DNA of 64,000 nt. Source: Mytilus edulis. Taxonomy: Eukaryota. Of this stretch, positions 40,926 through 53,448 are shown one piece after another. How positions within the stretch are numbered: position 1 is the stretch's first letter; each line of letters begins with the position of its first letter. Made by a program: the position numbers and the translations under genes. The stretch is taken from contig NC_092346.1 of assembly GCF_963676685.1 (NCBI RefSeq), positions 18,848,001 through 18,912,000 of the forward strand, in the 5' to 3' direction. The notes under the pieces are model-generated. The model was not told the DNA's origin and ran no database searches. It saw only the letters and a program-made list of their open reading frames with translations.

Positions 40926-41682
40926 TGTTCAGTACCGAGACAGTACCTATGCAATCCATACTAAAACAATTCTGCCGAAATCACTACGGAACTGAAAAAA
41001 ATCAGAACTGAATTGATAAAATTAGTAGCTATACAGGTATTGAATAATGATAAACAGTACCACAAAAATACAGAACTCCGAGGAAAATTCAAAACGGAAA
41101 GTCCCAACTCAAATAGCAAAATCAAAAGCTCAAACACATCAAACGAATGGATAACAACTGTCATATTCCTGACTTGGTACATACATTTTCTTATAAAGCT
41201 TGAACCTGGTTTTATAGCGCCAAACCTCTCACTAGTACGACAGTTCCATCAATTTCCATTATATTGACAATGATGCGTGAACAAAACAAACAGAAATAAT
41301 GGGTTAAAAAGTCAAAATTAGGATATTGTTTTATAATCTTAAAAACAATAAAAACAAACAAATTTTAAACAAAGAAGTACAAAAAGGCATATTTCAAATT
41401 TAACAACCTAATTCATTGCTTTCTATTTTTGTATTTCATTTATGTATGTTAAATCCTCCCATAAAGTATTGAAAGATTTTAAATACTGGAACCGAATGGT
41501 TAGATTACCATTAACACTGAGGTAGTTAAACATCATTGTCGTGTGTCTGCTTAGTACTGAAAGTGACCTATTCCCGAATATGACTGTTATACCGAGTTTT
41601 AAATAGACTGATACCCAGTCGTTATTGAAATTCTTCTCAACCTTTCAATACCACCATTGTCATATTCCCGAATATGACTGGT

Positions 41683-41842
41683 CAGTGGCGGATCCAGAAA
41701 TTTTCATAAGTGGGGGCCCACTGACTGACCTAAGAGGGGGCCCGCTCCAGTCACGCTTCAGTGATTCCCTATATAAGCAATCAAAATTTTTCCCAAAAAG
41801 GGGGGACCAGGGCCCCCTGGGCCCCCCCTAAATCCGCCTATG
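41683..41842. mobile_element. hAT-like MITE with a 5-bp TSD
   Basis: Ends CAGTGGCGGATCCAG / CTAAATCCGCCTATG. CTGGT at 41678-41682 and 41843-41847. An empty-site paralog is at 41570-41600. Confidence 0.78.
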
Positions 41843-42185
41843 CTGGTATACCGAGTTTGAATTTGCATTGCTATACGACGTGTTTCGGTATTTTGTACAT
41901 CCAACACTTACGTATTCATTTTTGATGTTTCTGTTATGATTTGTTATGGTTTCGGTTGGATAATCTGTTATGTTTTATCGTTTGTAGTCCAAATTATTAT
42001 AAAGTTTCCCTTTCATAACAATATTGTCATGTGTGGACGAGCATTGTGAAAATAATTGTATAATTTTCGAGATTGCATGTAAGTTACGTAAGCGCGTCAC
42101 TGTTTTTGATATCATGAGGTTTTTGTCGTTGGCCAGAGTGTGTTCGTTGTTGTTCTGCGGTTTGCATGTTGTGTCGACTATTATA

Positions 42186-42530
42186 AGTTATATGGTTCGC
42201 TACTGATCCCATACGGATCCATAGAGGGTTAGTAAAATCCATAGGGGGTGAGGCCGGAGGCCAAGTCCCCTATGAATTTTATTCACCCTCTATGGATCCG
42301 TAGGGGGTCAACAGTTAACAGTATAACGAATTTATGGGATGCTGGACTTTTTCTGCGGCGTTTTGTTGAAAAATAAACAATGAAACACAACAACATTAAT
42401 AGATGAAGTCGCCATTAACGCGTCATGAACCCCATATGAAACTTACTAACCCCATACGGTCTCATAGGGGGTCACCACGTGACGGCGTTTAACCAATCAC
42501 AAAGTGATAATTCATCTGTGGTCCGATAAA
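42186..42530 (+). mobile_element. Terminal-hairpin element, second family
   Basis: Arms TACGGATCCATAGAGGGT.../...ACCCTCTATGGATCCGTA centred on GGCCGGAGGCC (42186-42327), followed by a tail with CCAATCAC. Confidence 0.7.
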
Positions 42531-43358
42531 TTATATTATTTGTTTGTGCGTTCTCTGAGATGAATGTTCTTGAGTGTGTTTTTGGTGTATTTCTGTCACG
42601 TAGTGTGCCATTTTAGCGACATTTCTTAACAATATCATCAAGCAGGAGGTTTGGTTAGCGATTAAACCTGGTCCAACCCATCATTTTGTTCTTAAAATGA
42701 CCTGTACCAAGTCAGAAATATGGCAGTTGTTATCTAATAGGTTGTTTCTATATATATATATATATATATGCTGGTTTTTGTTTTTGTTGCACTCCAGTGT
42801 TCCTGTTGTTCTTTGTTTTCCTCTTACAGTTGATGAGTTTCCCTCGGTTTTAGTTTGTAATCGGATTTGTTTTCTATTAATCGATTTATGACTTTTGAGC
42901 ACCGGTATGCAGCTGTAGCCTTGGCTGTAGAGAGATATAAGAACCCCTTGAAACATATCATTTTCTAATGTTTCAGTTTTATTTACATCATTTCAATAAA
43001 AGGTAGATTAAGAAATTTCGTATGATATTATTTTAAAATGTATACAGAAACGTTTCTGCATAATAAAGAATTTAATATATTTTTTTTTATATCAGGTCAG
43101 GGTATTTGTAAGCAAGATACAAGTTATAAAATGTACATTCCATTAAAAAAAATATACATGGTATGCTCAACAATGGAAGTTTGTTATGAGAAAGTAGAAA
43201 TCGTTTCCTTTGTCGTATGTTTCAATTTCCCCATTCTGTAACAATACAGTTTCATGTGCAAAACAGACATTTGACGATTTTTATAAGCCTTATACAGCCT
43301 TTTATATATAGCTGACTATGTGGTATGGGCTTTGCTAATTGCTGACCAATAGCTGTTA

Positions 43359-43798
43359 GAATGAAATTCAAAACAGTGTGGCTGTGGCCATTGATTGACA
43401 CATTAAATTCATCCATTGACTGGGACAATTTAGGTGAACGTTTGTATGTAACGACCACTGCTCACTATGTACTTTTAAAGACACTTAAACTATGGGGTCA
43501 CCAAAGGTTCTCAACACCTTAATAAAGTAATTCGAAAAATTAATCAGAAATAACACGATGTTTTGATTTATATGAATTATAAATCAAAACATAAAGGTTA
43601 TTCCTGATTAATTTTTCGAATTATTTTATAATTAAAGGCGTTAAGAAACCTTTGGTGACCCCACAGTTTAAATGTCTATCGTAGGTACGTCGTGAACAAT
43701 GGTCGTTACAGACAAACGTTCACGTAAACTGTCCCAGTCAATGGATGAATTTAATGTGTCAATCAATGGCCACAGCCATACTGTTTTGAATTTCATTC
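43359..43798. mobile_element. Fold-back MITE, nearly palindromic over its length, TA-flanked
   Basis: ~105-bp TIR GAATGAAATTCAAAACAGT(G/A)TGGCTGTGGCCATTGATTGACAC..., inner inverted repeat GGGGTCACCAAAGGTT...AACCTTTGGTGACCCC, TA at 43357-43358 and 43799-43800. Confidence 0.9.
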
Positions 43799-44813
43799 TA
43801 TTTCTGTGTCATTTTGTCTCATGTGGAGAGTTGTCCCATTGGCAACGATATCCCTTTCTTTTTACATTTCAATATGTTCAATAAAGTGAAAATCAAACGC
43901 ACATGGTGTGCTTGGAGCAAGTCAGGTTATTTGAACCGTGTGTTGTTTGTTGTTGTCTACCTTTGCTTCTGTGTAAAATTAAGAAGATGTGATACGATAT
44001 GAAAAAACATATTTACATGCACCAGAGACCAAATGAGGCAGTAGTTAAGTAATTGTAGGTACCGTAAGACCTTCAACAATGATCAATACCCGTACCGATT
44101 ATAATAATTCAGCGGTTGTTGCTACATATTTTTTTATTGTTGTTTTGTACATAAATCAAGCCGTTAGGTTTCTTGTTTGAATTGTATTACCGTGATTTGT
44201 CATTTTTGCATTTTATGGCTTGCTATGTTGTATTAGTTTTGCTCACAATTGAGGACCATACGGTGACATTCAAAAGTTTAGGAAAACCTGGCATTCTACG
44301 TTGATTGTTCTCTGAGGGAGAGGTGTATCATTGGCAATCATACCACATCTTATTTTCATAGTGGCATATTAGAATGTTAGTGTCAAGCTATCTTGGCAGT
44401 GTTTGTAGTTTTGCATTAAATGTTTTAAGATATTTGAAGCCCTAATTGAAAATCGTAACACAAAATTCCCTAAAAATATACGAAGACTAAATGCATCACG
44501 AAAATGTATATAAAGAATATTATAAGGTAGATTTATAATACCATTAGATTATCGAATTCAAGTGGCCGAACTGAATAATTCTATTTAAGTAACTGTGAAC
44601 ACATATTATTCCATATTGGTATTATTTTAGTAGGTTTCTCTATATGAATTGGATTTTGAATAAAAAAGTATATTCACCTGAGAAAGTGTTATTCACCGCG
44701 CTAAACGTCACGCGCTTTTACATGCAACGTTATGGTAAAATGTTTCATCTAAAAAAAAAAATGGTATATGTTTGTCATTAGATACATTTTCTTCTCTCGG
44801 ACTATGGAATACA

Positions 44814-44960
44814 ACAATTACTGTCTTTTGTTTCGGTAAATATGGGGTTTTATTGACTTTTGAATAACTGATATTCACTTCGGCCGTCGGCCTCAGTGAA
44901 TATCATTTTTTCAAAAGTCAATAAAGCCGCATATTTACCTCATCAAAAGACAGTAATTGT
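44814..44960. repeat. ~147-bp hairpin, third terminal-hairpin family (element probably extends left to ~44540)
   Basis: ACAATTACTGTCTTTTG...TGATATTCACT / AGTGAATATCA...CAAAAGACAGTAATTGT centred on GGCCGTCGGCC. Confidence 0.75.
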
Positions 44961-45274
44961 ATAATATTATGCTAATTTTCCATCCTCCGAAATAACATTA
45001 TTTGTTAAAAGTACTAGTGATAAAACTTTGAAACTAGTCAAAAAATAAAATTAGATTTACATTATTTATTTATAATGTCTATTTAGTCACTCACAATTAT
45101 TTATGTATACCATAAACCTGCACTTACACATATCTTAACACTCCTTCTAAAACCTATACTTAGTGGACTAAGATAAGTACATGTACAAGGACATATATTT
45201 TTATCTTATAGTCTATAGCGGTAATATTCACAAATACATTTATCAGCAGACCATCATCTCAAAATCATTATGCA

Positions 45275-45498
45275 AACAAGAATGTGTACATAGTTCACAT
45301 ATGCCCTCTGTCCAGTAGACCGTAAAATTGGAGTCAAAACTATAATTTGGCATTACAATTAGATAAAAAATATCATAGGGAACAATTGGACTCCAACTTC
45401 ACCGAAAACTACCTTGACCAAAATCTTTAACCTGAAGCGGAACAGACAGACGAACGAACGGACGGAGAAATCTAATGCCCCACCTAAGTACATAAAAA
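45275..45498 (+). mobile_element. Short HINE-type element
   Basis: AACAAGAATGTGT start, (CAGA/CGAA/CGGA)n microsatellite, eroded 3' hairpin followed by an A run. Confidence 0.5.
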
Positions 45499-48400
45499 AA
45501 TGTAACAAAATAGAGTTCACATTTGTTTTAGAATAACTATATTAGATGTCAGTTTCAGATCGAAGGAAGAGAATTATTGAGATCTGGTAATATACTCGTC
45601 CATAATCAGTAACACCGTCAGATGGATCTTCTGGCATTTCTTATTACTTATTTTTTTTAAATTTAGGAATTTGGCTGTGATGGCTTACTTTTGATAGTAT
45701 TTGTTGAATGTATCTACAAATCTTTTTTCAATGCAATTTAAAGCTTGATATATTGTATATCGGGCTGTAAATTGTTAGAAATCTAAATGTCTTTGTTTAA
45801 TTCTCATTGCCATTTACCGCACACCCGCTTTTGCTCGTAACATTCAATTTTTGCTTTTCGTTACAAATATAGGTAACGGTCCTTTTTCTTCTTTTCAGCA
45901 CAACCATATATATCATCATATACAACATCATATACCCCAAAATAAAAAAAAAAAACGTTTTGAAAAAAAACCATGTTTTGGACAGAAAAATAACCATAAC
46001 ATTATTTCCTTATAACTCAACACTAATAAAAGAGATTGTAATTTTTCGTTATCAGATCATTAATCCAAAGCAAATAATTTATTCTATCTAAATGCATATA
46101 AATGCTTTTAACACCTATGAATTTCCAAAATATTTGGTGCAAAATCATCAAAGTGACATTTTTGTGTGTCGTAAAATTTTAATTTATGAGGAGATACGGA
46201 ACCTTAAGGTAAAGTACCCGTTATTGGTTTTTATACTTACCGCAACCAATAGCATGCTTTAAATTTTACTTTCACGTAAGAAGAACCAAAGGTGTGTACA
46301 ATAGAAACAAAGAGCATGTAAAGGTCCAATCGATGGAGACATTACTTCACAGTCAAAACCCATGTTGAACTTTCTTTCCTTGATCAAATACAGAAATTTA
46401 AGAAGTGCTTTTGATTTAAATAATCGCTCTTCACGGAGAAGGCTATTTACGTCAACAATTAAAATCGCCATTGTGCAAGATTACCAATATTTACTCTTGG
46501 TGGAATATAGCCGCCGTACTGTCTACGCTGACCAGTAGTGGACAAAAGATGACCACTTGATGAAGAAACTGGACTAATTAATCAGATCTTAGTTCCCACT
46601 CTTGTGTGGAAGTCATTTACTTTGTTATAACATGTTCTTTTATCTCAAAGCCTTAGGAACATAATATTTATTCATATTATTTCTAAGTTTAACGATGAAT
46701 CAATAAGAAAAGCAATATTTCTTTTTATTTTCTTTGAACATATGCTTTTTGTGTGTGAAGTATCTTACATTCACAAAGAATCAAAAAGGAAAAACAACAT
46801 TTTTCTGTAGGCATATTCTTATGAGGGTCCGAATGATGCCAATTTATGTATTCTTTAATTTTTAGACCATTTTTCTCTTTACATCATGAATTTTGCTAAT
46901 TATTCCATATTATTTATAGTCTAGTACCCATCATTTCCATTCTTTATTTTGTGGGCCTGTTTATTCTCTATTCTTCATTTTTGCCTGATTTCTGTAGTTT
47001 TTGTCCACCCATCATTCTCTTATATGTACAAACCTCATCCAAATTCCACATATGGATATTTATAGATATATACTTTTTTGAGAAAAAATAACTCAATATA
47101 GGTATAGAAATGCATTTTCATAAAACTAATTTGATAAACAACAAAATATTAGACAGGAGGAGCAGAACTCCATTTATTTCATTATGCAAGTAACTTTGTT
47201 CTAAGCATCATAAATTAAAATTCAGACAAATGATAAGTCTAAATGAAATCGGAATACTGATTGGCACGCAGTTGTTAATTAATTAATTGTTGATTTAAAA
47301 AAAACTGTACTATGTATATAATGTAAATGTACTATGTAAAAACTGTATATGATAATGTTATTTAAATATCGAAGTGATTTATATAGATTAGACCGTTGGT
47401 TTTCCCGTTTGAATGGTTTTACAATAGTATTTTTTTAGGTCCTTTATATAGCTTATAATTATTGTTCGGTGTGAGCCTAAACTCTGTGTTGAAGACCGTA
47501 CCTTGACCTATAATGGTTTACTTTAATAAAGTATGACTTGGACGGAAAGTTGTCTTATTGGCACTCGTATCACATCTTCCTATATCTATTAACACTTGAA
47601 TTTTAACTGTACCAATAGATTTAAGTAAAAGTCATGTATGCATTTTACGTTTGTCTTATTTAGAATAACGTCATCATTGATGACATAATTATCGCTATAA
47701 TTCTAACTGATACACAACATCATTTCGATTGATACGAACCGCTTACTTTCCCATAATAGCTGCTTAACTTTTAACAGACATTCGCATTTAAGCTTTCAGA
47801 TAATTTTGCTTCAATGACCTTTTTAAGATTGGCATTTTCAAAAAGTACATAACGGAAAATGCTGAAAATATGGGATCAGATAGGTTTTCTAAATATTGAA
47901 GAAAAAAGACTTAAAGAATTTCCAAAATATATCGAAGGGATAACTAATACTTTCATTATTTTGCTTTCTCATACGCAGTCATTCAACACATATAACACAA
48001 TAACACAATACCACAAAGATAGCGATTAGACAACATTGTTTTACAATATTTTCTCGGTCAGGGTATGATACCAAGAGGACAATCAAAACTAAAGTCAAAC
48101 TCAAAGAAAAAACACACATGCAATACCATTACCATAAAACAAAGCAAAATGACGAAAAAACTAATAAATTAGGTGACTACGTATACTCTTTTGTCTTTAT
48201 GTAAGTAGGTTGTTGTGCCTCGTGCCATTCTGTGGCACGCTCATAAACATGTTTAAAGCCGCTACATTCTATAATAAGTTATAAAAAGATGTGGTATGAG
48301 TGCCAATGAAACAACTCTCCACCCAAGTCACAATTTATAAACGTAAACAATTACAGGTCACAATATGCATGTCCCATGTCTGGAGCCTGTAAATGAGTTT

Positions 48401-49877
48401 TTGCCGTTCGTTTCTCTCTGGTTTACTTGTATTTGTAGTTCATTGTTTCGTCATGAATCAAGCTGTTGATTTTTCAGTTTGAATTTTTTCACATTTTATC
48501 ATGTTGATGCTTTTTATAGCTGACTCTACAGTATGGTTTTTCTCGTTTTTAAAGTCCCGCGCGGTCACATGGCGTAAATCCACTTCATTTTGGCTCTGTT
48601 GGGAATTTTTCTTTGAGGCAAATTATATTTGGTAAATGTTTTATTTCATTTTTTTTAATTAACCCATGGTATTTTTGTAAGTTTGAATATTTTTGGATTC
48701 AAGTAGAAAAAAGAAAATAGATTTGCAATGACTTTATTTTTTACCATGTTTGTCATACTTTGGCATCATTTTTTTTTAACTAGCCCATAATTATATTTAG
48801 AATCGATAATTCTGACTATCTATTATTTCAATGAATATGTAAAAAAAAAATTGGACATACATGTGCCAGTCCCAAGTCAGGAGCATGCAATACAGTCCTT
48901 GCATGTCGTTTGTTGCTGTATGTATCATATCTGCTTTTCGTTTATTGTTTTAAACTTAAGTCAGGCGGTTAGTTTTTTTGTTTTATGTGTTTTACATTTA
49001 CCATTTCTGGGCCTTGTAATGCTTGTCATATGGGTGTTGCTCCGAAGGTCGCACGGTGACTTTTAATAGTAGCTTACCTTCTACGTCATTTGGTCCCTTG
49101 TGGAGTGATGTATCACGAGAGGTTACACTTTTATATAAACACAGGAACAAAACTACTGCATCATTCTTCCCTTTTATACAAATAGATTATTTAAATTAAT
49201 AGGCAGTATGTTTCCAATACATAAAGAGTTGCACACATGGACTATGTTATGTTTTCGTAGAATTGCTATCTTTTGCATTTCGCAGTGCTCCTTTATTTTA
49301 CTCTTATCATATATAGTTGATGTATGTGCTTCAGTTATGGTTTGTAACCCGGATTTGTTTTTTTTTCTCAATCGATTTATAACTTTTCAACACTGCTATA
49401 CTACTGTTTCCATTATTTTCCCTTCTAATATTATTTTTTTTGTAGTTTAAAGTATTATTTCACAAAAATTATATAATATTTGCGATTTTGATAACCATTT
49501 TGGAAACTTTTCAAAAGAATTATGGTAAAAGCAATTTAGAACTGGACTTAGCATTGGAAAACAAAGACTATGGATAATTTCACTTACTGTTCACCAGAAT
49601 GGACCCATTGTTTGATTTTTTTTGTAGTTTTGGACGCTTAACGGGGTGCATGTTTCCAAAAATGTGTATTCGTGAGTTCCTTCAACCAATATATTTTTAT
49701 TAACTTTTAGTAGTATTAAGCATGACAAGTCTTTAAAATTTCTTCGAGCAGGTCTCCATTTTTTTGTATCCTGTGCTGGTTTTTTTTCGTGAGGAGTTTT
49801 CTGCGGTATGGTCAAATAAACAGTCTTAGCAGTTTTCTTATTTGACCTATGAAAGATAACTCTTGTTTCATTTTATA

Positions 49878-50467
49878 ACTTTTAAAGTTTTGAATTTTAA
49901 ACCTGATGCCTTTTGTTATCTATTAATCATGTGTTTCCTTGTCTAATACGTTCTCCTATTTATTTGTATTGTAGTCCTGTAATATTATGTTGTCATTTCA
50001 ATGTTATATTTAACATTGCCATTAAAGTGCGAGGTTTGGCATGCCACAAAACCAGGTTCAACCCACCATTTTTATCTTTAAAAATGTCCTGTACCAAGTC
50101 AGGAAAATGGCCATTGTTATATTATAATCGTTTCTGTGTGTGTAACATTTTAATGTTGTGTTTCCGTTGTGTCGTTTGTTTTCTCTTATATTTGAGTGTG
50201 AATTCACATTACTATAAGACGTGTCACGGTACTTTTCTATCCCAAATTCATGTATTTGGTTTTGATGTTATTAGTATATTTGTTATTCTCATCGGATGCT
50301 GTCTAATGCTTAGTCCGTTTCTGTGTATGTTTCATTTTAATGTTGTGTCGTTGTTCTCCTCTTATATTTAATGCGTTTCCCTCAGTTTTAGTTTGTTACC
50401 CCAATTTTGTTTTTTGTCCATAGATTTACGAGTTTTGAACAGCGGGTTTACTACTGTTGCCTTTATT
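49878..50467 (+). repeat. Interspersed repeat family (CCTGTACCAAGTCAGG ... TACTACTGTTGCCTTTA)
   Basis: Related copies at 42640-42925 and 49240-49410, and reverse-complement copies at 41050-41340 and 58075-58290. Absent from the paralogous site near 51490. Confidence 0.7.
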
Positions 50468-51600
50468 AATGACAAAAGTAACCGGAGTCAACATTTTGTT
50501 TTTCATTGTAAAATATGCAAATAACTCTCAGCTTGGAAAACGATATAATGCACAAACAAAAACAATACTTATTGTATAACTGTATAATTGTAACCTTCAA
50601 TTCAATTCAGAAAATAAGGTTCAATGAATGAAACTAACAAACGTGACAATAAAGATGAGTTTTTCCCCTTTGAACACCAAAGAAAATGACTTAAGTTTTA
50701 TTTCAAACGGTTACAATAAGATATTAGTTCGCTTAATAACAAACGAATTTTTATTAGAAGACAGAGAAGCAATGAAGTTATCTTAGAACAAATATTTATG
50801 CTGCATATAATCTTTTATCTATTTTTACGTCATCGAGTGGCATAGTGCCTTATTCAAAGAATATTACAACTAAAAATGATAATATTATTAAATTATCTAA
50901 CCTTAGTCATCGACAATATCGTCCAATTGTTTTGCAAAAAAGTCATTACAACTGGCGACAGAAATAGCTGGATTTTTCATTTTTTCTATATATATATTTC
51001 TTAAATCATCAGTCATTACGATTCATTGGTATATATCTGTGTATTAAACAACATTTCATTGAGGAGAGATAATATTTTGTTTCACTAGTTTTACAAGAAA
51101 CAACATGATTTACATAAATGCATTAATGCAAATAAATTTGCCCCCTGTTTTTAATAACACGTTATTTTCTCACTTTTAAAATTCTGCCAGAATCTTTTAA
51201 TCATATGCATTTGTTTTACAAAACTTAATCATTGCATCTGTGATGAGTTTATTTGCAGATGAATGTTTTTCATTGGATTATTTTATAGTTTTTCGTAATC
51301 ATGAGTTTCCTCAACTTTCTGTGGTTTGAGTGCATAACAGGATCTAAAAAATGTCTTCGAGCAAGTCTAAATTTTTATTGATCCTTTACTGATTTTTTTC
51401 GTGACGAGTTCGTTGCAATACAATATAATTATAAGTGGTAAGTGGTCTTCTTATTTGACCAACGAAAGATAACTCTTATTTCCATTTATGAAAAGAGTCA
51501 CCGGTGCCTTTTTTTACATTGTAAAGTACGCAAATAACACCTGGCTTTAGAAAAGATAAAAGGAATAAAAAATGAATTGATTGTATAACTGTGTTCTAAT

Positions 51601-51960
51601 AATAATTACATTAGATGTATGTTTCATAATTCTGATTGGCTAACTGCACATCACGTGTTATTCCGTAAGCAATTGCAATGCTCAATAAACTTTTCATTCA
51701 TGATAACACGTGGTCCCACAATAAATTGCACAGGTGAATTAAATAAAACAATAATAAAATTCGTATTTTCATGATCATTGCTAAAAAAATGTAATTATAA
51801 GTATTGAATGCTTCTTTTTGTAACTTCATAGGGTTGTAAAAGCGTTGACCGTGCGCACATTTTTAGTATGAAGCGCTTCCACGCTTCATACAAAATGTAC
51901 TTCGGTCAACGCTTTTACACCACAATGAAGTTACAAAAAGAAGCATTCAATTCTTAAATA
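51601..51960 (-). mobile_element. Second copy of the terminal-hairpin element
   Basis: Reverse complement of 39801-40170. Absent from the paralogous site near 50590. Confidence 0.85.
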
Positions 51961-52023
51961 AAATCCGATTTAGAAAATAAGGATCAATGAATGAAAATAA
52001 CTTGCAAAATAACGTTGAGTTAA

Positions 52024-52654
52024 GGTAGCACAATACAAAGATTTTTTCACTTCCAATCAGACAACTATAAACTGATATAATTCATGTCATCCTTCTTTGA
52101 ATTTTATTGTTATGTAATTAGTTGCTATATTGTGATGTCCATACTTGAGTGAATTTAGCTTCGTTGTTATTCATAGAATCTCAAAATATTTTATAAACTC
52201 TCGTACAACACAGTTTGACCTCCAAAACTGTATCTCAGATTTTTCCTATTGTATTTCATTCTTTCATAAACCTCAAATGAAGTTTGCAACATCAATTCAC
52301 AAGAGATCACTTAATTTAATTGTGTATAAAATTTGTTCGATTGATGTTTTTGGAAATCTGAGACACTGTTTTGGAGGTCAATCTGTGTTACACAAGAATC
52401 TTTAAAATATTTTGAGATGCTATGAAGAACAAAGACGCTAAATTCATTCAAGTGTGGACATCACAATATATCAACTGATTACATAACAATTAATTATGTA
52501 ATAATTAAATCATAATGAAATTATCACAATTTGAAAGATTAATCTTTCCTCTTTCTTTTGGTATCTCATTTATAAAATTCAAAGAAGGAAGAAATTAATT
52601 ATATCAGTTTAAAGTTGTCTGATTTGAAGTGAAAAATCTTTGTATTGTGCTACC
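52024..52654. mobile_element. Kolobok-like MITE
   Basis: ~58-bp TIR GGTAGCACAATACAAAGATTTTT(T)CACTTC, flanked by TTAA on the left and TTAT on the right. Confidence 0.8.
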
Positions 52655-53005
52655 TTATAAGTATATATTACACATAAAATTCATAAGTTTTGATTTAGAT
52701 AAACGGTTACAAAAAGATATTGATTCACAGAATTTTTTTTTATTTGATGGAGGAGCAATCTTGATTTTTGATGCAAATCATATCTTTTTCTAATTTCCCG
52801 TAATCGAGTGGCACAGTGCCTTCTTCGAAGAATAATACACCTATCACACGATAATAACCCTAGTCACCGGAAAATGTGAAATTAATCTGCTGTTCTTTTT
52901 TAAACTGTCATTAGAACAAAGAGCAGAAGCAGCTTAAGATTTTTCATTTTTGTTTTATATATATTTCTTGATTGTATTATTATGATTCATTGATATATCT
53001 AAATG

Positions 53006-53448
53006 GAATGAAATTCAAAACAGTGTGGCTGTGGCCATTGATTGACACATTAAATTCATCCATTGACTGGGACAATTTACGTGAACGTTTGTCTGTAACG
53101 ACCACTGATCACGACGTACCTACGATAGACATTTAAACTGTGGGGTCACCAAAGGTTTCTTAACGCCTTTAATTATAAAATAATTCGAAAAATTAATCAG
53201 GAAGAACCTTTATGTTTTGATTTATATAATTGATATAAATCAAAACATCGTGTTATTTCTGATTAATTTTTCGAATTACTTTATTAAGGTATGGAGAACC
53301 TTTGGTGACCCCATAGTTTAAGTGTCTTTAAAAAGTACATAGTGAGCAGTGGTCGTTACATACAAACGTTCACCTAAATTGTCCCAGTCAATGGATGAAT
53401 TTAATGTGTCAATCAATGGCCACAGCCACACTATTATGAATTTCATTC
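53006..53448. mobile_element. Second copy of the fold-back MITE, opposite orientation
   Basis: Near-identical reverse complement of 43359-43798 with unrelated flanks. Confidence 0.9.

Noticed and set aside
45797-46471. Short minus-strand ORFs (45797-45997, 46259-46471) with a nearby gtaagt donor, possibly a decayed transposon gene
   Set aside because: No diagnostic motif or termini could be established by eye.
49913-50371. 152-aa ORF
   Set aside because: It lies wholly within a T-rich interspersed repeat and has low-complexity hydrophobic composition typical of spurious frames.
39801-53448. Large inverted duplication suggested by two pairs of inverted repeat copies
   Set aside because: The copies occur in the same order rather than mirrored and their flanks are unrelated, so they are independent insertions.
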